Under the pieces are notes generated by a model. That model was not told the DNA's origin. It made no database searches and saw only the letters and a list, made by a program, of their open reading frames with translations. A DNA stretch of 64,000 bases, from positions 7,463-71,462 of the forward strand of contig CAZSQU010000005.1 in NCBI GenBank assembly GCA_964608985.1. Reading direction: 5' to 3'. A program made the translations under genes and the position numbers. Of the stretch, positions 29,175 through 38,238 are shown piece by piece (positions within the stretch are counted from its first letter, which is position 1; each line of letters starts with the position of its first letter). Source of the stretch: an uncultured Spirochaetales bacterium (GTDB lineage: Bacteria > Spirochaetota > GWE2-31-10 > CAYYKD01).

Positions 29175-29763
29175 TGTAAGCTCCGTTTTGTATAATATGG
29201 TTTATATATCTTGCAAAGAGATCCACTTCAATATGAACCTCGCTATATACTGATTTTGCATGCAGGTTGGTTTCATTGTAGGTTTGCGGAATTATCGTTA
29301 CCGTAAAACTTGTCGTCATAACATCTGCTATTGTAAGGGAGATTCCGTCAACTGTCACTGATCCCTTAGGAATTATCATTGCTCGGTATTCCTTCGGATA
29401 GCTTATTTCAATATGATGATCCTGACCGTTGCGGTTAATTGAAATAATTCTTGCCGTATAATCAACATGACCTGTAACGATATGCCCGCCAAATCGCCCT
29501 TGAGAAGACATAGCTCTCTCAAGGTTAACCTTTTCACCGGTTTTAATACCGCCGTGTTTTAATCGGGAAATATTATTGGTTGTATCTGAGATATGAAATG
29601 ATAATATATTACCTGCAATTGCTGTAATTGTCAAACAAACGCCGTTAACTGCGATCGAATCTCCGATTTTGGAACTATCAATAACCTTTTCGCAGTTAAT
29701 CTTAATTGTTCCGCTGTTTATAGAACTGACTGTTCCAACCTCTTCTACAATCCCTGTAAACAT
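29161..29763 (-). CDS. ribE: Riboflavin synthase (alpha chain)
   Basis: MFTGIVEE, GDSIAVNGVCLT, VNLERA, GGHIVTGHVD, KGSVTVDGISLT. Confidence 0.97.
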   Translation of the reverse strand: MFTGIVEEVGTVSSINSGTIKINCEKVIDSSKIGDSIAVNGVCLTITAIAGNILSFHISDTTNNISRLKHGGIKTGEKVNLERAMSSQGRFGGHIVTGHVDYTARIISINRNGQDHHIEISYPKEYRAMIIPKGSVTVDGISLTIADVMTTSFTVTIIPQTYNETNLHAKSVYSEVHIEVDLFARYINHIIQNGAYNEKI

Positions 29764-30794
29764 AATGGTTCCCCTTTATAAAGATCGAGCATAATGTCAC
29801 CATCAACATTTTCAATTTTATTTATAGCAAAGCTTTCAATCATAGAAGGATTGTCGATTGACAAATTTCTTACTGCCGGTAACGCATCTGCTCCAAAGAA
29901 TCCCGTTTTATAAAAAACAAATAATCTGTCAACAAGTCCGCTTTTGATAAATTCCGTGTAAACACCTGAACCGCCTTCTATGAGAATAGAACAAATTTCA
30001 TTCTTAATGCAGAATTCGTAAAATTCTTCTTTGTTATTAAGTAACTTACTGTTAACGGTAAATATCTCTCCCGGGTTATTAGAAATATTGAATTTTGAAA
30101 AATAATCGTTATTTTGATTAGTAAAAATTATCTTCTTAATCGGTTTTGACTCAAAGCCGGCTATACGGCAATTTAACTGCGGGTTATCCTTAATAACAGT
30201 ATTGTGTCCTACAGCAATAGCGCTGACTGTTCTTCTTATTTTGTGAACGAATTCACGGGACTTATCACATGATATCCACTTAGAAACTGATTGACTTGAT
30301 GCAATCCTTCCGTCTAAACTCATAGCTGTTTTCATTATTATGTATGGTTTACCGGTTTTTTTATAATGAAAAAAAATTGAATTCAGCTCTACTGCTTCTT
30401 TCTCAAGAACGCCCGTTACAACCTCGATCTTATTGTTCTTCAGTTTGTTTATACCGGAACCCATGACCCTTTTATCAGGATCAACCGCCGCTATAACTAC
30501 CTTGTTTATACCGGCTTCAATAATCGCATCAGTACATGGCGGCGTTCTGCCGTGATGATTGCATGGTTCAAGAGTCACGAATAATGTTGCACCGGCAAGC
30601 TGATTTTTGCTTAGTTTATTAATAGCATCCCGCTCGGCATGATCTGATCCGAGCTTGCTGTGGTAACCTGTTGATAAAACATTGCCGTCCTTAACAATCA
30701 CTGCCCCGACCATCGGGTTAGGAAAAGTAAAACCGAGCCCTTTAACGGCCTCTTTTAACGCAATATTCATAAAGTAGTTGTATTCTGTTGACAT
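29745..30794 (-). CDS. ribD: Riboflavin biosynthesis deaminase/reductase
   Basis: PNPMVGAVIV, HAE, VTLEPCNHHGRTPPC, KTAMSLDGRIA, IEGG. Confidence 0.97.
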   Translation of the reverse strand: MSTEYNYFMNIALKEAVKGLGFTFPNPMVGAVIVKDGNVLSTGYHSKLGSDHAERDAINKLSKNQLAGATLFVTLEPCNHHGRTPPCTDAIIEAGINKVVIAAVDPDKRVMGSGINKLKNNKIEVVTGVLEKEAVELNSIFFHYKKTGKPYIIMKTAMSLDGRIASSQSVSKWISCDKSREFVHKIRRTVSAIAVGHNTVIKDNPQLNCRIAGFESKPIKKIIFTNQNNDYFSKFNISNNPGEIFTVNSKLLNNKEEFYEFCIKNEICSILIEGGSGVYTEFIKSGLVDRLFVFYKTGFFGADALPAVRNLSIDNPSMIESFAINKIENVDGDIMLDLYKGEPLCLQGL

Positions 30795-30858
30795 AATAAA
30801 CCCTATCGTTACAGGGATATTATTTTTTGAGACTGCATTTAATTAAATAGCAGATAAC

Positions 30859-30968
30859 ACCTTCTCTCATCCGGACTCTACCGTCGGCACCGGAGTTACA
30901 CCGGTTCAACCATTATGGCTCGCGGGCTTTAACCGCCGGTAAGGATTTGCACCTACCCCTGAAGGAAT
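30859..30968 (-). promoter_or_regulatory. FMN riboswitch (RFN element)
   Basis: The minus strand reads CTTCAGGGGTAGGTGCAAATCCTTACCGGCGGTTAAAGCCCGCGAGCC...GAACCGGTGTAACTCCGGTGCCGACGGTAGAGTCCGGATGAGAGAAG. This matches the RFN consensus and lies directly upstream of ribD. Confidence 0.97.
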
Positions 30969-31015
30969 GGTGATAAAATAACAATTTTTTAGAATAAAGT
31001 AAAGTAAAAATCAAT

Positions 31016-31039
31016 AAAAAAAAGCTGCCCGAAGGCAGC
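31016..31039 (-). terminator. Rho-independent terminator of the RTX lipoprotein gene
   Basis: GCTGCC-TTCG-GGCAGC followed by T8 on the minus strand. Confidence 0.9.
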
Positions 31040-31058
31040 CCGTATTGAAATTAAACTA

Positions 31059-32414
31059 CTAGTTGATCTTCATTGTATATGTACCTTTTGTTGAGGTAAC
31101 AATCTTAATATAAGTGAATGAATCAAGAGCTGTAAAAGTTCTGTATGATGCCGTGTCATCTGTATAAACATAAGTGCCACCAACAAAACTGATTGCAGTT
31201 GTTCCGTTAGATCTGTAAGCATATATCTTTGATTTTGCAGTCAATGATGAAGTTGAGTAATAATCTTGTGCATTACAAACATAGCTTGTACTTGCAGAAG
31301 AAGGAATCTTAAACCATACTGCCTGACCGCTTGTAGTTGTTGTTCCGTTATAAGTTGCACCTACCGCAAGTTCAATCGCTGTTGCCGCTGTTGCACCGTT
31401 GTTAGCTGAGCTGGAAGAAGAACTTGATGATGAACTTGAACTTGATGATGAAGATGATGAACTTGAGCTTCCGCCGTTAGGATTAGAAGATTTAAGTATA
31501 TCAAGACCTACAACCACACCGTCAGCAAATCTTACTTGCTCAATCTCATAAATTGCGTTCGAATAAAAGTTTATTACTTTAATTTTGTTGCTTGAGTTGT
31601 AAGTGATTATCAAATCGTATCCGCTTTTTGATATAACAGCTTGATTTCTGTTAAGGTTAGCAAATATTATTGCATCAACACCGGCTTCTTCTTGAACATA
31701 ATCATATCCAAATGATGTTCCTGTAAAAATGTATTTATCATTACCGATACCGCCGTAAAGATCGTCGTTACCTGCGCCGCCGTCTATTTGATCATTTCCT
31801 TCTTTACCATAAAGTTTGTCTGATCCTGCTTCGCCAAGAATAACTCCGTTATACCAGTTTGCAGAATAATCAACGCTTAATGCTCTTTTACCGTCTGTAA
31901 ATGTATCAGCATTTGCAGTTCCAAGGAAAGCAAATTTACCTTCTCTTGCACCGGTTCCCATATTATTCCATATATAGTTTCTATCCCAGAATTCTCCGTT
32001 AGCAAACTCGATACCTTGAAGTCTTGTAAGATAATTATCTTCTCCGCCTTCAGATTCAACAAACTCAGCTCTGTTATTCGCTGATATTACATTGAAATAG
32101 TAGCCGCCTGACATTGACATATAGATCTGGTTACTGTTAAGGTTTGTTAATTTTATAACGATAGGTCCTGATGCGAAAACATTCTTGTTTCCTTCTGTAT
32201 CGCTCCAAGTTACAACTGTAGGTTCGCTTCTCAATCCGGTAAAGTTTTCAAAAGCTACTCCGTCAATAGTAACAGTGCCTTCTGAATATACTATTGATTG
32301 CGGTTTGTACTTATCTGATGTATCATTGCCGTTTTTAATAACAAGAGCGTTTGTACAACCGATTAAAAACGATGCCATTGCCAATAAACCCAAAAACTTC
32401 TTTACTTTCTTCAT
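31059..32414 (-). CDS. Lipoprotein with RTX (haemolysin-type) Ca-binding repeats, a Ser-rich linker and a C-terminal beta-sandwich domain
   Basis: Lipobox FLIGC. Nonapeptides GEAGSDKLY, GKEGNDQID, GGAGNDDLY, GGIGNDKYI; IEFANG..W and IEQVRFADG motifs; poly-Ser tract. Confidence 0.8.
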   Translation of the reverse strand: MKKVKKFLGLLAMASFLIGCTNALVIKNGNDTSDKYKPQSIVYSEGTVTIDGVAFENFTGLRSEPTVVTWSDTEGNKNVFASGPIVIKLTNLNSNQIYMSMSGGYYFNVISANNRAEFVESEGGEDNYLTRLQGIEFANGEFWDRNYIWNNMGTGAREGKFAFLGTANADTFTDGKRALSVDYSANWYNGVILGEAGSDKLYGKEGNDQIDGGAGNDDLYGGIGNDKYIFTGTSFGYDYVQEEAGVDAIIFANLNRNQAVISKSGYDLIITYNSSNKIKVINFYSNAIYEIEQVRFADGVVVGLDILKSSNPNGGSSSSSSSSSSSSSSSSSSSSSANNGATAATAIELAVGATYNGTTTTSGQAVWFKIPSSASTSYVCNAQDYYSTSSLTAKSKIYAYRSNGTTAISFVGGTYVYTDDTASYRTFTALDSFTYIKIVTSTKGTYTMKIN

Positions 32415-32517
32415 TTCTTTTCTCCAAAACTTTTTTATTTATTACTACTTATGTAGTGACTACTATATAATATATTACAATTAATTTGTCAATACTAATT
32501 TTTTATAATTTCATTAA

Positions 32518-32689
32518 CCCGCGTTATGCACGATAATCGTAGCGAAGCGAAGTAGATTGTTGATTAGCTTAGAGTTATGAAGATTTGAGACTCGCAGCAT
32601 AGTAACACTATGTGAGAATCGAAAATCGAGTAACTCGTGGATAATCAGCAAGATACGAGATCCAGTAGAATTTTCGTGCGTAATGCGGG
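32518..32689. mobile_element. 172-bp MITE, copy 1, TTAA target duplication
   Basis: Terminal inverted repeats CCCGCGTTATGCACGA / TCGTGCGTAATGCGGG with TTAA on both flanks. Differs from the 36609-36780 copy at 6 of 172 positions. Confidence 0.88.
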
Positions 32690-32818
32690 TTAAGTTTTTT
32701 GGGAAATCAATCTCAAGTTGTTGTTGTCCGACCTTATTGTACTTATTTTTACCTCCGTCAAAACTGGATAACCAAAATAGCATAGTTATCCGGTTGATGG
32801 GGCCATTATAAGCTGCAT

Positions 32819-33562
32819 TTATGTTTTATATATACTGTTAAAAAGATAAAGACCATGCGGAGGAGCAATCCCCGGTGCAAGCTGTCTGGATTTACCGCTA
32901 AGGATGGCTTTCATATCGTCAGGTGTAATTGTGCCGAGACCGGATTCAATAAGACAAGATGTAATAATCCTAACCATATTATACAAAAACCCGTCACCTG
33001 TAAATAGAATCTTGATAATGCCTTCTTCTTTAGAAATGTTGATATCATATATTGTTTTAATGGTATTCTTGTTCTTTGATTTTAAGTTAGTAAAACTTCT
33101 ATAGTCCATTTTACCCACGAGAACGCCGGCAGATTGGTTCATCTTTGTTATAGATAAGACTTCCGGTATATGGTATTGATACTTACGACTAAAAACCGAA
33201 TGAATCGGGTTATTATCTATTATATACAGATATTGTTTTTTAACAATATTATATCTTGCGTGAAACCGATCATCAACAACCTCAGCAGATTTAACTACTA
33301 TGTCCTTAGGCAAATACTTATAGCAGTAATCGATTATTGACTGCGAAACAAAATTTTTATCAGTTTTAAAGTGGGCAACTTGATTTAATGCATGCACACC
33401 GGCATCTGTCCTCCCGCTTCCGATAAGATTAACAGATTCACCCGACATTACACTCAAAACCGATTCAATTTTAGCTTGTATCGTATTATCTGTATCGCCG
33501 AGTCTTTGCCAACCGTTATATCTGGTACCGTCATATTCTATGTTTATCTTTGTATTCTGCAT
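32819..33562 (-). CDS. truA: tRNA pseudouridine(38-40) synthase
   Basis: IEYDGTRYNGWQ, GSGRTDAGVHA, FHARY, GDGFLYNMVR, APPHGLYL. Confidence 0.96.
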   Translation of the reverse strand: MQNTKINIEYDGTRYNGWQRLGDTDNTIQAKIESVLSVMSGESVNLIGSGRTDAGVHALNQVAHFKTDKNFVSQSIIDYCYKYLPKDIVVKSAEVVDDRFHARYNIVKKQYLYIIDNNPIHSVFSRKYQYHIPEVLSITKMNQSAGVLVGKMDYRSFTNLKSKNKNTIKTIYDINISKEEGIIKILFTGDGFLYNMVRIITSCLIESGLGTITPDDMKAILSGKSRQLAPGIAPPHGLYLFNSIYKT

Positions 33563-34332
33563 TTTTCTCTCTTTATAATTAAATATATCAATGAATAAAT
33601 TATTGAAACAGCATAAGCGATGAGTAATCCGGCGACCACCCCAAACAATGGGAAAGTAAAGGACACCATAAATGAAAAAATAATCAACGAAAACAATCCT
33701 GAAGGTACATTCTTGATAATTGAATTAGCATCTTCCCTTGTATAAGTTAGGTCAATAATTAAAAGAAGCGGGAACAATGTTGACGGGAATGCAGTAAAAA
33801 GACCGGCAAGTCTTGGCGTTGTATATTTTGATATTAGAATTACACTAATAATAATTGTTGATGCAATTATTGATCTGAATATAAGAGCAATCAAAGTCAA
33901 CGGCTTTCTTGCACTAATAACAGAGGTTTTTATGTTTCTAAATAACAATACAAATCCTAAACAAAAGATTACCGACATTAAAACAGCACCTGCGCGATTA
34001 AAACTTATCATATTTAAAATGATAACTGTTAATGAATAAAAGAGAAAACCTGCGGCAGTTGATAATATTGTTGACAGTATTCTGCTTTTTAACCTGACAA
34101 GATAGAATCCAAGCAAAAAAAACTGGAGACTTATTATTCCTGTAATATTGTAAATAGCTACTTCACCTGCGCGGACCGCACTCTGCTCAAAACCGATAAA
34201 AAATAGTGTGATAGCCGTTCCGGTAGGAAAGCCAGAAAAAAAACCGGCAATACGCGGTCCCGATCTTTCTGCAATATACGAAAGAATCAATACGACCAAT
34301 ATTGAAACGGCTATCTTTATAATAATCAGCAT
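33544..34332 (-). CDS. Hypothetical polytopic membrane protein
   Basis: About 8 TM segments with an internally repeated GPRIAGFFSGFP / TPRLAGLFTAFP motif. ATG 34332 has a GGAG RBS. Confidence 0.7.
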   Translation of the reverse strand: MLIIIKIAVSILVVLILSYIAERSGPRIAGFFSGFPTGTAITLFFIGFEQSAVRAGEVAIYNITGIISLQFFLLGFYLVRLKSRILSTILSTAAGFLFYSLTVIILNMISFNRAGAVLMSVIFCLGFVLLFRNIKTSVISARKPLTLIALIFRSIIASTIIISVILISKYTTPRLAGLFTAFPSTLFPLLLIIDLTYTREDANSIIKNVPSGLFSLIIFSFMVSFTFPLFGVVAGLLIAYAVSIIYSLIYLIIKREKCRIQR

Positions 34333-34350
34333 TACTTCTCCATGAATCAA

Positions 34351-35829
34351 TTACTCAACAACCCGCATTACGGGTATCTGATTGTAATCCCCAAGGAGAC
34401 CGGAAAAAACATCATTGTTATATAATCCGTAAACCATGTTAGGTTCAAGGTGAACGATAGCTCTTAAACAGTCAACCCCGGAAGTGATCGGCACAAAAAT
34501 TGAACCGGATTGTGCAGTATATGATTCTTTTTCACCCATATCAACTATATGCCTTCCGGCGTACCGGTTATTAACCTGATCAAATTCAGTTTCTATCTCA
34601 TCAATCGAACATATCTCAACAATAAAGTCCCTTGGCGAATCTAAAACCTCAAAGAATATGTTATGTGCCTCAAGAAACGGCTTAAATACTGATGCCGCTT
34701 CTGAAACGATGATATAACCGGCCGGACGGGTAACACTGTTTTTAATAATTAGCGTATCCATTACATTAGGCGTTTCTATGGCAATCTCATTTTTATCAAA
34801 ATCAAGTACCATTACTGTTTGCACGGAATTATCAGTGTCCCCCCAAAAATAGTTTACCGGAATATAATCGGGTATCTCGGCAGTTCTTAATTTTTGTGCC
34901 AAATCTTTGCATTTAATCAGGAAAGGATTATCGTTAAGCAAAAGATCAAAAAGTGTCCTGTAAGCGGCAATCCTCCTGTCAATATCCCCTTCTGCCAATT
35001 CGGGATCATCGATACGCCCTGCTTCAATAATCAACGAAACAGCCCCGTATGATCCGATCCCGTTTCTTGCATCGTCAACATCAGTTGTGCTCGGTCTCAT
35101 CTCTTCAGGCGGCGGTCCGCCTACCATATACCTTGTAAAATTAAACCCGTATTGCTTCATTTGTCCTGTCTGATTATTTATCCACTCCAATCCGGCATTA
35201 TAAATCTCTGTTGAGAAAACAGGGTTATTTGTAATATCCATTGTTATATCTGGCCATTCAATAAACCCCAAATTATCGTAATCACCCGAATTTCTTCCGA
35301 ATTCGTGGCAATCAACTGCAATATCCGGCTTAATATTATTTACGATCGAATATAATGTTTGTGTCTCTATCTGTGATAGTAATCGATGATCACGATTAAG
35401 ATCGGTGTTGTTGGCATTTCTCCTTTGGTTGTTTTCACCGCCGTCCGGATTCAGCGCAGGGATAATATAAAGATCAACTAAAGGATTAAGCATTTCGGGA
35501 TTCTCCGATATGTCTGCAATTAAATTAACAAGAGCATCCTTACCTGAAACCTCATTTCCATGCTGCATTCCTACAAGGAGAACTTTTACCTGTGAATTTG
35601 AAATACCGCGGTTGAGATTTACAAGAAAAACACTACGGCCCGTAGAAGTCTCGCACGCCTTAGAAACTGTAATTATCGGATTTGATGACACGCGGTTTAG
35701 TATGGCTTCAGTATCATTGTAGCTGATCATACCATTTTTATTAATAGGCAGATTTACCGTTTTGCATCCTGTTAATAATGAACTTATTATTATTGACATT
35801 ATAAGTGTGATGGTTCTATATCTCATCAT
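34351..35829 (-). CDS. M14 family zinc carboxypeptidase lipoprotein
   Basis: Lipobox LLTGC; QHGNE (HxxE), NPDG..RRNANNTDLNRD, DCHE. The start is ATG 35829 or 35826 after GGGAGGA. Confidence 0.85.
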   Translation of the reverse strand: MMRYRTITLIMSIIISSLLTGCKTVNLPINKNGMISYNDTEAILNRVSSNPIITVSKACETSTGRSVFLVNLNRGISNSQVKVLLVGMQHGNEVSGKDALVNLIADISENPEMLNPLVDLYIIPALNPDGGENNQRRNANNTDLNRDHRLLSQIETQTLYSIVNNIKPDIAVDCHEFGRNSGDYDNLGFIEWPDITMDITNNPVFSTEIYNAGLEWINNQTGQMKQYGFNFTRYMVGGPPPEEMRPSTTDVDDARNGIGSYGAVSLIIEAGRIDDPELAEGDIDRRIAAYRTLFDLLLNDNPFLIKCKDLAQKLRTAEIPDYIPVNYFWGDTDNSVQTVMVLDFDKNEIAIETPNVMDTLIIKNSVTRPAGYIIVSEAASVFKPFLEAHNIFFEVLDSPRDFIVEICSIDEIETEFDQVNNRYAGRHIVDMGEKESYTAQSGSIFVPITSGVDCLRAIVHLEPNMVYGLYNNDVFSGLLGDYNQIPVMRVVE

Positions 35830-36002
35830 TCCTCCCAAAAATTTGTTTTTACTATAAGACAAGAAATAATAACAGTAAAGAAAAAAACAATAAACAAAAC
35901 TTCATTTACAAAACCAATAAATATTTTAGACAATTTAAGATTTACATATCAGTTCAAATATAATAAAATGCACAAAAATTAAAAACCTCAAAGGAAAAAC
36001 CC

Positions 36003-36608
36003 ATGTATATCGATCTGACAATGGAAGTAAGTAAACGAACCCCTGTTTTCCCCGGGAACCCGGGTATGGATTTGACTCCTGTTAATACACTTGAGAATGA
36101 GGGATGGCTGACTAACAGAATTTCAATAAACACACATTTTGCAACACATATAGATGCACCATGTCACATGATCAAAGGAGCAAAAAAACTCGATGATTAT
36201 CCGATAGAATACTTTATCGGCAGCGCTATGATAGTTACAGTAAAAGATAAAATTTTTATTGAGCCCGAGGATTTTGAGGTGCCTCAGAATCACCCTCCAT
36301 TTATCTTTTTCAGAACTGATTACTCCCGTAAATGGCTTGACAGTGACTATTTTGATAATAATCCTGTTATTACAGAAGCAACTGCAAATAAAATCGTTCA
36401 ATGCGGCTTTAGATTAGTGGGAATTGATTCTTTTACACCCGATAACGCGCCTTACACAGTTCATAAGATACTCTTTAGAAACGGGATACTGATACTTGAA
36501 AACCTTATGAACCTCGACAAAGTCCCAAACGGCGCAAAAATAATTATAGCACCGTTAAAATTAACTGATTCGGAAGGTGCACCGGTAAGAGTTATCGCAG
36601 AGTTTTAG
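36003..36608 (+). CDS. Cyclase family metal-dependent hydrolase (KynB-like)
   Basis: VFPGNP, HFATHIDAPCH, VGIDSF, VHKILF, ILENL, EGAPVRVIA. Confidence 0.9.
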   Translation: MYIDLTMEVSKRTPVFPGNPGMDLTPVNTLENEGWLTNRISINTHFATHIDAPCHMIKGAKKLDDYPIEYFIGSAMIVTVKDKIFIEPEDFEVPQNHPPFIFFRTDYSRKWLDSDYFDNNPVITEATANKIVQCGFRLVGIDSFTPDNAPYTVHKILFRNGILILENLMNLDKVPNGAKIIIAPLKLTDSEGAPVRVIAEF

Positions 36609-36780
36609 CCCGCATTATGCATGATAATCGTAGCGAAGCGAAGTAGATTGTTGATTAGCTTAGAGTTAAGAAGATTTGAGACTCGCAGCATAGTAACACT
36701 ATGTGAGAATCGAAAATCGAGTAACTCGTGGATAATCAGCAAGATACGAGCTGCAGTAGAATTTTCGTGCATAATGCGGG
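36609..36780. mobile_element. 172-bp MITE, copy 2, TTAG target duplication at the cyclase stop codon
   Basis: Terminal inverted repeats CCCGCATTATGCATGA / TCGTGCATAATGCGGG with TTAG on both flanks. The left TTAG contains the TAG stop. Confidence 0.88.
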
Positions 36781-36818
36781 TTAGCGCACCCCTTGTAGGT
36801 GTATATAGAATTTAATAT

Positions 36819-36847
36819 TGGACAATTACAATAAATTTTTGTATAGT
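36819..36847 (+). promoter_or_regulatory. Putative sigma70 promoter of purF
   Basis: TGGACA-17 bp-TATAGT, then an AGGAG RBS. Confidence 0.5.
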
Positions 36848-36876
36848 GATTTTTTATCTTTCAGGAGCTTAACAGT

Positions 36877-38238
36877 ATGTTTGATATCGAAGAAAAATGC
36901 GGGATTTTTGGGATGACTCTTGACAATCCGTCAGACCAGACAATTTATAATATCCACCTCGGCTTGTTTGCTTTACAACATCGCGGACAGGAAAGCTGTG
37001 GACTTGCGTACTCTGACGGAGATCATATTGAAGTCATCAAAGCAAAAGGGCTTGTTTCCGGTGATTTTTATAAGATGATACCATCAGGTGTAAGCACCAA
37101 AACCGCAATAGGCCATGTTAGGTATTCTACAAGCGGCGGATCAAATCTGGTTAATGCACAACCGCTGGTATTTACTTCAAACAAAGGTGAACTCGCAATT
37201 GCCCACAACGGCAATATACCACGCTCCGAATTGATCAAGAATGAAATGATTAAAGCCGGTTCGATCTTTCAGACAACTTCTGATACAGAGATACTGATAC
37301 ACTCTATGTCAATGAAACAGGAAACTGATTTTGAGACAGCATTGATAAGCTCATTAAAGACATTAAAAGGCGCTTATTCTATCTTGATGATTAACAAAGA
37401 AAAAATTTACTGTTTTAGAGATGTAAACGGTTTTAGACCTTTGTCGTATGGTGAGATAGATGGAGGAATGGTTTTTGCTTCAGAAACAACTGCTCTTGAT
37501 CTTATAGGAGCCAAAAATGTCAAAGAAGTAAATCCGGGGGAATTAATTATAGCAAAAGGCAGAGAGGTTACCGTTAAACAATATGCCACAGCCGAAAACA
37601 TAAGACAATGTGTGTTTGAACTGATATATTTTTCAAGACCGGATTCAATAGTGTTCGGCGAATCGGTTCATCAGGTAAGACTTAAGATGGGCGCTGAACT
37701 TTCACACCTCATCAATAAAAAAATTGATATGGTATTGCCTGTCCCCGATTCCGGCAACTCAGCCGCTTTGGGTTTTTCTGCAGAATCGGGTATTACATTT
37801 GATTTTGGTTTGATCCGCAACCACTATACCGGCCGCACATTTATCAAGCCCGGACAAAACAAACGCAAAGAATCTGTAAGAATAAAACTTAATCCGATAA
37901 GATCTGTTATTGAAGGCAAAGTTCTTGCCGTTATTGACGATTCGCTTGTTCGCGGTACAACCTCATCAAAAATTGTTCAAATACTGAAGGAAGCCGGCGC
38001 CAAAGAAGTACATATGTTCCTAACCAGTCCGGAGATTAAGTACAGCTGTTTTTACGGAATCGATACCCCTTCCCGAGAAGAGCTGATATCATCGGCAAAT
38101 TCACCGGCGCAGATTGCCGGTATAATCGGAGCTGATTCGGTAAGTTTCCTGCCGGTCAGCAAACTAAAAAGCTGTCTAAAGAATCCGTCAGATTTCTGTT
38201 ATGCTTGTTTTACGGGCGATTATCCGACTGAGGTCTGA
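36877..38238 (+). CDS. purF: Amidophosphoribosyltransferase
   Basis: EKCGIFG, LQHRGQES, GHVRYST, AHNG, CVFELIYFSRPDS, PVPDSG, DDSLVRGTT. Confidence 0.98.
   Translation: MFDIEEKCGIFGMTLDNPSDQTIYNIHLGLFALQHRGQESCGLAYSDGDHIEVIKAKGLVSGDFYKMIPSGVSTKTAIGHVRYSTSGGSNLVNAQPLVFTSNKGELAIAHNGNIPRSELIKNEMIKAGSIFQTTSDTEILIHSMSMKQETDFETALISSLKTLKGAYSILMINKEKIYCFRDVNGFRPLSYGEIDGGMVFASETTALDLIGAKNVKEVNPGELIIAKGREVTVKQYATAENIRQCVFELIYFSRPDSIVFGESVHQVRLKMGAELSHLINKKIDMVLPVPDSGNSAALGFSAESGITFDFGLIRNHYTGRTFIKPGQNKRKESVRIKLNPIRSVIEGKVLAVIDDSLVRGTTSSKIVQILKEAGAKEVHMFLTSPEIKYSCFYGIDTPSREELISSANSPAQIAGIIGADSVSFLPVSKLKSCLKNPSDFCYACFTGDYPTEV

Noticed and set aside
32518-32533. G-U-compatible mismatches in the MITE terminal repeats as proof of RNA-level selection
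   Set aside because: There are only three such changes across two copies, which is explainable by ordinary transition bias.
32514-32783. 89-aa minus-strand ORF, and the 64-aa ORF at 36621-36815
   Set aside because: They lie largely within the 172-bp MITE copies and have no transposase motifs.
32762-32795. Hairpin AACTGGATAAC/GTTATCCGGTT as the truA terminator
   Set aside because: It has a long loop, a mismatch on the transcribed strand and no U tract. Too weak to call.
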